Shown here in pieces: positions 51,255 through 62,510 of a stretch of 64,000 bases of DNA. Made by a program: the position numbers and the translations under genes. The notes under the pieces were generated by a model that was not told the DNA's origin, did no database searches, and saw only the letters and a list, made by a program, of their open reading frames with translations. Source of the DNA: Eledone cirrhosa (lineage: Eukaryota); contig OZ024747.1 of the NCBI GenBank assembly GCA_964016885.1, forward strand, positions 23,746,001 through 23,810,000, read 5' to 3'. The first letter of the stretch is position 1. Each line of letters opens with the position of its first letter.

Positions 51255-54230
51255 AATGTTAGATTTAGGGTTAGTGTTAGGGTAAGTTTTACTGTTAATG
51301 GTAAGTTTATTGTTAGTGACTGTGTTACTGTTAGCATTACTGTCACTGTTAGTGTTACTGTAACTGTTACTCTTACAGTTACTGTTTGCGTTACTGTCTG
51401 CATCAGCGTTAGCATTTGCATAAGCGTCTATGTAAGCTTTTGTGTTAGTGTTTATGTAGACTGGTGTTAGCATCTGCGTTAGTGTTTGGATTAGCCTTAG
51501 TGTTTGCGCAAGTGTCAGCATCTATGTCAGCATTTGCGTCAGCGTCTGCATTGGTGATATTGATTGTGTCAACATTTCCCTTAGCGTCTGAGTCAACATT
51601 AGTGTTAGCATTAGTGTTTGTTTCAGTGTCTACGTCTACGTCAGCTTCTGAGTCAGCATTATCATTAGCGTCCGCGTCAGCACTTGTGTCAGTGTCAGCA
51701 TTTCCCTCAGCGTGCACGTCAGCATTTGCATTAGTGTTTGAGTCAGTGTTAGCATCAGCGTTTGCATTTGTGTAGGGGTTAGCATTTGCGTCAGCATCTG
51801 CATCAGCATTCACATTAGCATTAGCGTTTGCGACAGCGTTTCCTTTAACGTCTTTGTCAGCATTTCCGTTAGCGTCTGTGTCAGTGTTTCCGTTAGCTTC
51901 TACGTCAGTGTTTCCATTAGCATCTATGTCAGTGTTTCCGTTAGCTTCTACGTCAGCATTTCCGACAGCGTCTGTGTCAGCGTCAGTATTTACATCTACA
52001 TCAGCGTCAGCGTTTCAATTAACGTCAGTGTTTACGTTAGCGTCTGTGTCAGCGTTTACGTTAGCTTCTACGTCAGCGTTTCCGTAACGTCTACGTCAGC
52101 GTTTCCGTTAGCATTGGCGTTTCCATCAACCTTTCCTGTGGCGTCCGCATCATTGCAGCGTCAGCATATCCCATGTAAGCGTTAACTTCAGCATTTGCGT
52201 CAGCGCTAGCGTTAGCCTTAGCCCTAGCGTTCACATCAGCATTTGCGTTAGCGTCAGCATACACGTCAGCGCCGGCAAAACTGCCTCAATATTTGCGTTA
52301 GCTTTGGCTTTAGCAATCCGCATCAGCAATTGCGTTTTGGAGATCAGCTTCGGCGGTAAGGGTAAACGCTAATTTCTACGCCTGCTTCTACGTTAACAAC
52401 TACGTCAGCGTTTTGTTAGCTTCTACGTCAGCTTCTACGTCAGCATCTACGTTAGCTTCTACGTCAGCGTCTACGTTAGCATCTACATCATAGTTTACGT
52501 TAGCTTCTACGTCAGCGCTTACATTACTGTCTATGTTAGCTTCTACGTCAGCATCTGTATTTACATCTACATCAGCGTCAGCGTTTACATTTGCGTCTGT
52601 GTCAGCGTTTACGTTAGCTTCTACGTCATCGTTTACATTAGCGTCTGCGTCATCGTTTACGTTAGCGTCTGTGTCAGTGTTTACGTTAGCATCTGTGTTA
52701 ACGTGTGTTAGCGTCTGCGTCAGCATTTTCATTAGTGTTTGCATCAGTGTTTCCTTTAGCTTTTACATCAATGTTTACGTCTGCGTTAAGTTTCACATTA
52801 GCATCGCTGTCATCATTTGCGTCAGCATTTGCGTTTGCTTTAACATCTGCATCAACATTTGCGTCTGTTTGCATTAGTGTCTGCATTTTCTTTAGTGTTT
52901 GCATCAGCGTAAGCATTTGTGTCAGTGTCCACGTCAGCGTTAGAGTCTGTGTAGCATTTACATCAGCGTGTGCGTCAGAGTCTTTGTCAGCATTCGCCTT
53001 TGCACCTGCATCAGTATTCACGTTAGTGTTTGTGTCAGCGTAAGCGATTGTGTCAACATTTGAGTTAGCGTTGGTGCCAGTATAGCCATCTTCGTCAGTG
53101 TCAGCGTTGGTGTTAGTGTTTCCATTAGTGTTTGATTTTGTATTAGTGTTAGCATTTTTGTTAGTGTTAGTGTTCAGGTTAGTGTTAGTGTTCAGGTTAA
53201 TGTTGACTTAGTTTTTTTGGTTAGTGTTAATTTTCAGGTTAGGGCTCGTGTTACTTTTAGTGTTAGTGCTCAGGTTAGTGGTTTGTGGTAGTGTTAGTTT
53301 TAGTGTTAGTGTTCAGGTTAATGTTCGTGTTAATGTCAGTTTTAGTGTTAGTGTTCAGGTTAGTGTTAGTGTTTACGGTAGTGTTATTGTTAGTGTTTTA
53401 TTTTGGGTTAATGTTTGTGTTAGTGTTTCCATTAGTGTTAGTGCTAGTCTTTGTTTTTCTGTTAATGTTAGTGTTTGTTTTAGTGTTGAGGTTAATGTTA
53501 GCTTAGTTTTCTGGTTAGTATCAGTTTTCGTGTTAGTTTTAGTGTTAGTGTTCAGGTTAGTGTTAGTGTTTTTTTTAGTGTTAGTTTTTATGGTAGTGTT
53601 ACTGTTAGTGCTCAGATTAGTGTTAGTGTTTGTGTTACTGTTTATGGTAGTGTTAGTTTTAGTGCTAGTGTTTAGGTTAATGTTAGTTTTAGTGTAAGTG
53701 TACAGGTTAGTGTTACTGTTCAAGTTATATTAGTGTTAATGTTAGTTTTAGTGTTAAGGTTAGTGTTAGAGATTGTGTTTGTGTTTGTTTTTGTGTTAAT
53801 ATTTGTGTTAGTATCTCTGTTAGCATTAGTGATTGATGTTTCCATTAGTGTTAGTGATTGTGTTAGCGTTAGTCTTTGTTTTTGTGTTAATGTTAGCATT
53901 AGTATTTCTGTTAGTGTTAGCAGGAGTGTTTGTGTTAGTGTTCAGGTTAATGTTAGCTTAGTTTTCAGGTTAGTGTTAGTGTTCAAGTTAATGTTAGTTT
54001 TAGTGTTAGAGATTGTGTTAGTGTTTGTTTTTGTGTTAATATTTGTGTTAGTATCTCTATTAGTGTTAGTGTTCAGGTTAATGTTAGTTTTAGTGTAAGT
54101 GTTCAGGTTAGTGTTCAAGTTAATGTTAGTGTTAGTTTTAGTGTTAAGGTTAGTGTTAGAGATTGTGTTAGATTTAGAGTTTAGGGTTGGGGCTAGATTT
54201 AATTTTATGTTTAATTTAGTTCTAGTTTCC
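51255..54230. repeat. Degenerate hexamer array (GTTAGT / GTCAGC / GTTAGC)
   Basis: 6-bp periodicity throughout, giving low-complexity ORFs in many frames. Confidence 0.9.
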
Positions 54231-54574
54231 AAATCCCAGGAAAAAAATTGGTTCAGAGCAACTAAAAGGTCAGATTAGTTGATAGCACTCAAAAGGAGAC
54301 CGAAGAAAAAATCATTAGGGTATATATCTACAAAACGACAATGGTTTTTCCACCCGCTTTACCCCTCTTTTTTTCTAGAACAACTAATCATTTCCAACTG
54401 GTTTGGAGGTCATATTCGTTGATAACATACGAAAAATCTTAGAGAAAACTCTGGGGTTAAATGAGAGAAGTGCATCCACCTAAGTTTTCCATGAAGAGAG
54501 AGTCAATAACAAACATCTTGGAGATCAGATTAGTTGATAACACATGAAAAAAAGATGAGGAAAAAATTTTGGGT

Positions 54575-54985
54575 GTTATGTGGTATGGAGTAGTGTGGTG
54601 TGTTTTTATGTGGAGTGGAGTAGTGTGGTGTGTTTTTATGTGGTGTGATGTAGTGAGGTGTGGTGTGTTGTGTTGTGTTGTGGTGTTATGTGGTGAGGAG
54701 TAGTGTGGTGTGTTTTTATGTGGTGTGATGTGAGGTGTGTTTTTATGTGGTGTGATGTAGTGAGGTGTGGTGTGTTGTGGTGTTATGTGGTGTGGAGTAG
54801 TGTGGTGTATTGTAGTGAGGAGTGGTGTGTTGTGTTGTGTTGTGGTGTTATGTGGTGTGGAGTAGTGTTGTATGTTTTGATGTGGTGTGGTGAAGTGTGG
54901 TGTGATGTGGTGCAGCGCACTGCGATGTGGTGTGGTGCAGTGTGGTGTTGTGCAGTGCGGTGTTGTGCAGTGTGGTGCAGTGAGG
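54575..54985. repeat. Degenerate (TGTGG)n pentamer array
   Basis: Direct reading. Confidence 0.9.
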
Positions 54986-55175
54986 TTCTTTATCTTTATC
55001 TTTCTCTTCTTCAACTTTGTATTCATCTTCTTTGTTTTGTCTTCCATCTAAACAAAAAAAAAATATATAAAACATATATGTAGCCAATCTCTCAGACTTT
55101 TACAAAGCTCCAGGGAGATAAATTTAATATAAGTGGTGTGTTCCTGAACAGAGATACTACAAAATACCTTAAAAG

Positions 55176-55245
<70 letters not shown>

Positions 55246-55339
55246 GGGTGTGTATGATTGTGTATAGAAGTAATTCCAACTTTTTCTGATTTACTCGTTT
55301 TATTTACAATCCTTTAAAATTATAATGGTATTAGAATGA

Positions 55340-56403
55340 AATAGTATGGTAGAATATTAAGTGTTAAATGTTAATTGAACAAGTACTTTCATGCTTTCGC
55401 AATCTTCAGGTTCATATTCTGTGGTGACAGTCAAGTTTGCAATTTTCAACTGTAATGAGATGGGTAAATTTTGTGCCTTATATACAGTGAAAAGCGGCTA
55501 CAGAATGCTAAATTTTGAAAACTGTATTTCGACCAATCGGTGTGTAGTTTCACTGGATTACTGAAGCTGATTGGTTTAGGCATCTCGGTTGGTTGGGCAT
55601 GTCTAACGACTTCTATTTGGCCCTATTCAAAGCATCAATTGTTTTGCTATTTTTAGAAATGATGAAAATAGCATTTTCTAGGGTTTTTATACCCCTAAGA
55701 ATTATTATTGTTCATTTAGCTTGGGTTGGAATTTTGAAATTCAAATAATTTTGAAATTCAAATAGGAACTGCAAAAGCAGAAATCTAATTTACTGCATTA
55801 AATGCCCGAATTGTGAAGAACTATACGTCGGTCAAACTGGAAATGCACTATCGGAACGTGCACGGGTGCACCGACAGCAAATCAGAGACCCAAATGTCCG
55901 TCAGATACCCCTGAGTAACCATCTAGCAACATGTGGTCAGAAAATATTTATAATATTTCCATTCTACAAATTACACAGGCCAAGTGAAATCAAGAGAATT
56001 TTATTGATAAATTCCAACCCAAGCTAAATGAACAATAATAATTCTTAGGGGTATAAAAACCCTAGAAAATGCTATTTACATCATTTCTAAAAATAGCAAA
56101 ACAATTGATGCTTTGGATAGAGTCAAATAGAAGTCGTTAGATATGCTCAACCAATCGTGATGCCTAAACCAATCAGCTTCAGTAATCCAGTGAAACTACA
56201 CACCAATTGGTCGAAATACAGTTTTCAAAATTTAGCATTCTGTAGCCGCTTTTCACTGTATATAAGGCACAAAATTTACCCATCTCATTACAGTTGAAAA
56301 TTGCAAACTTGACTGTCACCACAGAATATGAACCTGAAGATTGCGAAAGCATGAAAATACTTGTTCAATTAACATTTAACACTTAATATTCTACCATACT
56401 ATT
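55340..56403 (+). mobile_element. Penelope-like element remnant: GIY-YIG fragment (55767..~56040) between ~395-bp inverted pLTR arms (55340..55734 / 56009..56403)
   Basis: Hand translation NCKSRNLIYCIKCPNCEELYVGQTGNALSERARVHRQQIRDP...IFPFYK, then frameshifted FIDKFQPKLN. The arms are reverse complements and each carries a hammerhead motif. Confidence 0.9.
55377..55413 (-). ncRNA. Minimal hammerhead ribozyme motif (mirror copy 56330..56366 on +, one stem III change)
   Basis: GAAC-CTGAAGA-TTGCGAAAGCAT-GAA-AGTACT-T-GTTC. Confidence 0.75.
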
Positions 56404-57364
56404 CAGATTACATCTATATATACACATACATATATATATATATACATTCATATATATACATACATACACACATATACATATATACAAATACACATATACA
56501 TGCATATATATACACATATACATATATATACATGCATATATATACATATACAATATGTATGGGATTCCTTTCCCTTTGAGCACATAATTTACAGGGAATA
56601 ACGCGACTATGACTCCGTTAATTTATCTTCATATATATATATACATATATATACATACACACATATATATACATACACACACATATATGCATACACACAC
56701 ACACATATATATATACATACACACATATGCATACACACAGATATGCATACACACATATATATACATACACACATATATATACATACACACACACATATAT
56801 ATAGATATACATATATATACATATATATATAGATTCATACATACATACACACACATATATATATTTATGTATAAAGTACTTGACGATGAGCATTCTAGTT
56901 GTTCAATAAACTGATTGAATAATACAAACGATGTTTTAATATACAGATTCATTATTCGTGTATATATAATATATACAAAGCATATAAATAAATTTACAGT
57001 AGAATAACATAGCAAATATGTTTTAAATATATACATAAATAAAATTACCAATGCTTAAATAACATTATAAATTGCTCGCGATTCTTTCAGAAGGATATAT
57101 TCCTTTAATGTTGCAATATTAAAGAAAATATACGTATATATATATACATACATGTATTTATTCAACTAAGGAAAGTTGGTTGATTGAAAATCTGCCGACT
57201 CTTTCATAAGAGATGACAAACACTCAACAGTTTATGTTTATCCGGAGTTTATTATAATAATTGTTTCTACTTTGGAACAAGGCCAGCAATAACCAGTGTA
57301 TTACTGGTACTTTATTTTATCGACCCCATAAGGATGAAAGGCAAAGTTAACCTCGGCGGGTTAT

Positions 57365-57626
57365 AATAATAAACAAGAAAGACGGTATCATTTTCCCATC
57401 CCTATTTATTTTATTATATGTATTTCATTTGTATAACATCTGCCCTACGTGTTCTCATATCAACGGATATCAACGAATATCTCATATCAACGGGTATTTA
57501 CATCTTGCATGGATTTTTGTCGGAAGAAAACACGTAGGGCAGATATTATACAAATGACATATGTCTTCGAAATAAGTATAATAAAATAAATAGGGATGAC
57601 CAAGTGATACCGTCTTTCTTCTTTAT

Positions 57627-57630
<4 letters not shown>
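57365..57630. repeat. Foldback element with ~85-100-bp imperfect inverted arms
   Basis: AGAAAGACGGTATCA...CTGCCCTACGTGTT versus AACACGTAGGGCAG...TGATACCGTCTTTCT; the spacer has three ATATCAACG. Confidence 0.75.
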
Positions 57631-57720
<90 letters not shown>

Positions 57721-58406
57721 AAAAGGTAACACACTAGTGAGAGCTATACAGTGCGCTATCAATAAAACAGGGAAAAAACCACCAGTGTATGGAATCTATA
57801 ACCTATGAAAGGCAGATTATAGACACGATAATTAAAAATATAAATTAAAGCGTAAATAAATACCTCTAAAACTATATAACACACGTACAAATCCAAAGAG
57901 ATCTGTTTCGCCAGTAAGTTGTTGACAGAAATGGAATAACCCCGGTTCCTCAGCTTCAGACAACACTAAGAGAATTTTGGCGCCAAACTTTTCCTTTTGA
58001 AAGAATAATGTGATTTGTCACGTGATTGTGTTCACGTGATATTACCTCTAAATATGTGAATACGTACACAGCATTCTCCCCACGAAGAGCGAGAGTGGCG
58101 ATCGCAAACATATATACATATACACACAAACACATACACACCACATATATATATACACGCAGAAGCACACACATACAATAACGACGAGTACTACGATTCT
58201 GGAGGAGCGAATGATGGAGAAGATGAAGCTCTCTGCCGCAGAATAAATGGTATTTAATTTTAATAATAATTGTTTCTACGTTAGGCACAAGGCCAGCAAT
58301 TATCCAGTGTATTACTGGTACTTTATTTTATCGACCCCGTAAGGATGAAAGGCAAAGTTAACCTCGGCGGGATTTGAACTCAGAATGGCAAGGGCCGTAA
58401 ATAATA

Positions 58407-58459
<53 letters not shown>

Positions 58460-58657
58460 TGTAGATAAATCTACCAAAAGTTTACGGTAGTGTCTAATCC
58501 GTATGAAGAACTCAATGTAATCCGGATATCATGAAAAGAAGAGATGCATTCAAAAATCACTTTCGGTGAAAGATAAACGGAAAACAGAGTCAAGATAAAT
58601 TATTAAAAAAATAATGAATAAACAAAGAAACAGTTCCTTATATTAAACAAAAAAAGT

Positions 58658-58798
58658 TCATTATTTTACGATCGTTTCTAGGACATATATGTGTTAGAAT
58701 TGGTATGCATATTCAAAAGATCTATGTACAAAATTATACAAACTATCAGAGAGAATATACATACCTTCACATATATATGCTGTCTTCAGAAATAATGA
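58658..58798 (-). ncRNA. Type I hammerhead ribozyme motif with a 9-bp stem I
   Basis: TCATTATTT-CTGAAGA-[..ATATATGTG...CACATATAT..]-GAA-ACGATCGT-A-AAATAATGA. Confidence 0.8.
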
Positions 58799-59054
58799 TG
58801 CTTGTTTATTGATAATAACAACAATTCAAAATAATAGGTCTGTTTGGGAACAGATTTTGAATAGACCAATGAAGTAAGGATTGAGATACATAAAAATTTA
58901 TCAAGAAAATACAGTTAGGTGTGTATATATGTATGTAAATACGCTCACAGATGTGCATAAAAGTGTATGCTCATATGTATACGTATATTGAAAAAGTGTA
59001 TGTAAATATAAAAATTTAGGGCTAATGTATCTGTATGTCTATAATCAACAGACA

Positions 59055-59105
<51 letters not shown>

Positions 59106-59311
59106 GTATATGGATATTGAGGCGCTCACATAAACACGTCCACACACACTTACATTTAGATGCGGAAGTATATATGTAAAGTTATATTTAAAATTTTTGG
59201 GTTACAACTAGTAAATATTTATAACTGATATAAAAGCACTCGACAAATATTTGGAGTATATTTACAATATTAAATAAATGGAAAACTATATTTATAAAAC
59301 CATATTTATTT

Positions 59312-59367
59312 CATTATATATATTTCGGGGATATCATATTAACAATATGCTATGCCTTCATCAGACA
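59312..59367 (-). ncRNA. Decayed hammerhead motif
   Basis: TGT-CTGATGA-AGGCATAGCATATT...AATATGATATCCCC-GAA-ATATATAT-A-ATG; stem I is weak. Confidence 0.5.
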
Positions 59368-59445
59368 AAATACAATATAAACAGTTTTATAGATAAATAT
59401 ATTCGACATACCGTAATAAACATCAACTTCATTTGGAGAGGTTTA

Positions 59446-59517
<72 letters not shown>

Positions 59518-60499
59518 CTTAATTGAATTGATTATCATTATCGTTTTTATGGCAAAAGATAGACAGAGAGGGAAAGAGATAGACAGAGGGAAAGATTTTG
59601 ACATATATATATATATATATATATGATAGAAAGAAGAGAAAAAAACGAGACCCTTAGAAACGAATAAGAGTCATCAAAGCGATCATATGTATTGCTTTAA
59701 ACTGTAATGCTAATTTGAGGTACCATCATTTGAAATTTTAATCCTCGGACTTTTCCCTCCCGGTTTTGAAATTTAGGGAAAATTTAGGGGTGACTGGGAA
59801 TATTACATAATGTAGGGATTTTCTTTTCCTTTTCTATCATTTCTTATTTATGTATTTATATATTTATTTATCTACTCTCGTGATTGATATTCCGACAAAT
59901 GTTAGGGGTGTATTTTGGTTTTTTATTATGTCAGGTATAACATCCAAAAATTTCTCCCTTCCCCCAATATATATATATATATATACAAACACAGTGTCCC
60001 CAAAAATGTATACACACTTCAACAGCAAAGTAATCAAAGTGTGTATATATTTTGGAGGGGACACCGTGTGTATATATATATATATGTGTGTGTGTGTATG
60101 TGTAACTAGTAAAACTGTAAAAACGCAGCGGTATATTCTAATTTGGCCCTTTTAAGGGCCACCTATATTTTCATTTAAGTAACTCCACTTACATCTATAT
60201 GCTTTAATAAAAAAAATTAAAAAAACGCGTGAAAAAATTTTTTTTTTTTCATTTAAGTAACTCCACTTACGCGTGGTAGTAATACGGAAATAAACAATGT
60301 TTTGCTTTCATCGGCTGCTTCGACTGACAGCTAATAGCTTTGTAGTGCCAAAAGCTTACCTATGTCTATACTAATCATTAATCAAATAAAACACATTACA
60401 GCAACATAAAATCTTCCGTGTCACGATTTAAGATTTTATTTGTTTTTTTAGCATGTTCACTACAAAACTAGTATATTAACATCCTGTATTGATCTAGTG

Positions 60500-60718
60500 G
60501 CGGCTCACTTTACTGAGGTGTCAGGTGATGCCCGTGAGGGTGTCTGATTATTTCAGCGCCTTAGCCTCACCATCAACCGTGGTGATGCTGCGAGCGTGTT
60601 GGCTTGCCTCAAAAGTTTAGTTAACTCCTAAGGTGTGAAGTGCGGCCGATTGTCGCATTAGATGGTGAATTGCCACCCCCTCTTTTTTCTTTCTTTTATC
60701 ATTATTGTTCAATAAATT
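60500..60718 (+). mobile_element. CRE-like (RLE-type non-LTR) element, 3' end remnant
   Basis: 60500..60631 reads AAHFTEVSGDAREGV*LFQRLSLTINRGDAASVLAC, matching the QRLS..IQRGNA C-terminal motif. A related decayed copy lies at ~42005..42345. Confidence 0.65.
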
Positions 60719-61406
60719 ATATTATTTTATTTTTATACACCTTAATGTTTAACTGTAGTCGTAATGAACAGACATATAAACCCGTAAAACATATCTAAGA
60801 AACGGGTTCAAATGTTTATATATAGTGTGTTTACTAGTGGACAGATCTTCGTGAAAATTTGTAGTATTCAAGTAAACAATTGTTAGCTTAAAGCAGTTAT
60901 AGCATTGTTTTGTACCTTTCAGGGAATGTCTTGTTAATATGGTTCCATGCGATGCAAAGAAATTTGTGTTAATTTGTTATTTGGAGAAATAAGAGAAAAA
61001 ATAAAACAAACAAAAAGAAAACAACGCTGTCATTTATATCACAGTCATTGTATCTCTTTTAATATACTCCATTTTTCATACAGGACATCGTGTAGAGGTT
61101 CCGGCAGCGATAAAAGAAAAACAAAGACTTGGAAAGTAAGAGTGAAGATTTTATGCCGCTATTATATCCAAATGTTTCACTCTGAAAGGATTTAACAAAC
61201 CAAACTACAATAATATCATACAGTGAATTAAATTTTAAAGTCATTAAAGTCGAGAAAAAGCAACCGTCACAATCGCGTACAGTTGTAAGACATGAGAAGC
61301 TAACAAATTAAAAAATGACTGTAAATCACTAGAAATAATTCTTCACAAAAAAGCAAGTTATGGTACTGCAAATATAGTGCTAAATTTCGTGCATTCTTTC
61401 AGCCAT

Positions 61407-61478
61407 TCCTCGGTAGTATAGTGGTAAGTATCCCCGCCTGTCACGCGGGAGACCGGGGTTCGATTCCCCGCCGGGGAG
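61407..61478 (+). tRNA. tRNA-Asp-GTC: tRNA-Asp, anticodon GTC
   Basis: 72 nt TCCTCGG...CCGGGGAG with full cloverleaf, CTGTCAC anticodon loop and GGTTCGATTCC T-arm. A T6 Pol III terminator follows about 9 nt downstream. Confidence 0.97.
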
Positions 61479-61739
61479 GCTCATTGTTTTTTGAATTTTT
61501 TAGCTTGTTTTTTTTCCCCTACCTTATAGATTTTTTTGTTTATAATTTCCATTCTTCATTACATTTTATTTTTATTTTTATTTTTATTTTTATTTTTTTT
61601 ATTTCTTCTCATTCTACATTTACCTCTATCAGATTCTGGTTTGCTCTTTATTAGCTGGTACCTTGTTCAATGATCAATCCATATGCTTCTTTAAGTTGTA
61701 AACAACAATCCGATGTGAATATATATATATAATAACCAA

Positions 61740-62065
61740 GATTTAAGACATTATTGAAAAAGATCAAATCACAATAGAAACACATTGAATATGTATCTGT
61801 AAGGAATTCAAAATAATTAGAAACGGAAAAGGAAGGGAAGGGCAAGGGCTCTAGGGTCACGGAAGAATGGGAGAGGGAAGCGGGTGGAGTGATGGGCTCT
61901 AGGCCTAGGACGCGGCGGTGTTGGGGTTGCGCCCCATGGACAAGATTGCAAAAGCATTCCTGTGGACAATGGCCAGCGACACCTGATGCAACAGCCAAAC
62001 CACCTTGCGGGGCTCCTTTTCCAGATGGGCTGCTGATGTTCCAATCTTGCGGAGGAGCTTGCACG
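61740..62065 (-). mobile_element. CRE-like element, 3' end remnant (second family)
   Basis: LLRKIG...KEPRKVVWLLHQVSLAIVHRNAFAILS in ORF 61905..62096. The 3' UTR recurs at ~21080..21290. Confidence 0.6.
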
Positions 62066-62190
62066 TGTTTCTTTCAAATGCAGAAGGAAGAAGCATTTTA
62101 TTCCATTGTATTGAAATCTTTAGAATACAAAATCTATCCCTTTGTAAGAAAAGAAGATATATTTGAAATACTTTATTAATAGTATTAATT

Positions 62191-62510
62191 CAGGGGCGTG
62201 CAACAGGCAGCCACGGACATCAATCCGGCCCGCCAGACCAGTCAGAGTGGCTTGTGATGACCGTTTTAATTTTTTTTTTACCTTGTAGGCTTATTTAGAA
62301 TTTATTTTCGTAACTATAATACAATTTTCTTAGTTAGTTGACCTAAAGGGCTTCGCTGATAGGGTTATGTGTGTTATAATTTCCCAGTTCCATGTTATGG
62401 AAAGAAGCTGTGGTGAATCTTTAGAATAGTGCTTAATAAATATTAATGGCCCTAATAGTTGTTCTAATGTTCAAAAGTGGTCTGCCAATGGAATATTTTG
62501 CACACCCCTG
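62191..62510. mobile_element. Non-autonomous hAT element
   Basis: CAGGGGCGTGCAA / TTGCACACCCCTG; TSD TATTAATT/TATTAATC. Confidence 0.85.

Noticed and set aside
51206-54232. Asp/Ala/Asn-rich or Val/Leu-rich repeat protein
   Set aside because: Hexamer array with frequent frame-breaking indels, no splice-bounded frame and no unique domain.
57896-57956. Hammerhead on - (CTGAGGA-ACCGG...CTGGC-GAAACAGATCTC)
   Set aside because: Stems I and III are too degraded to call; not counted among the eight motifs.
60923-61135. Small exon-like segments upstream of the tRNA
   Set aside because: Splice-like signals exist but give no consistent frame or recognisable peptide.
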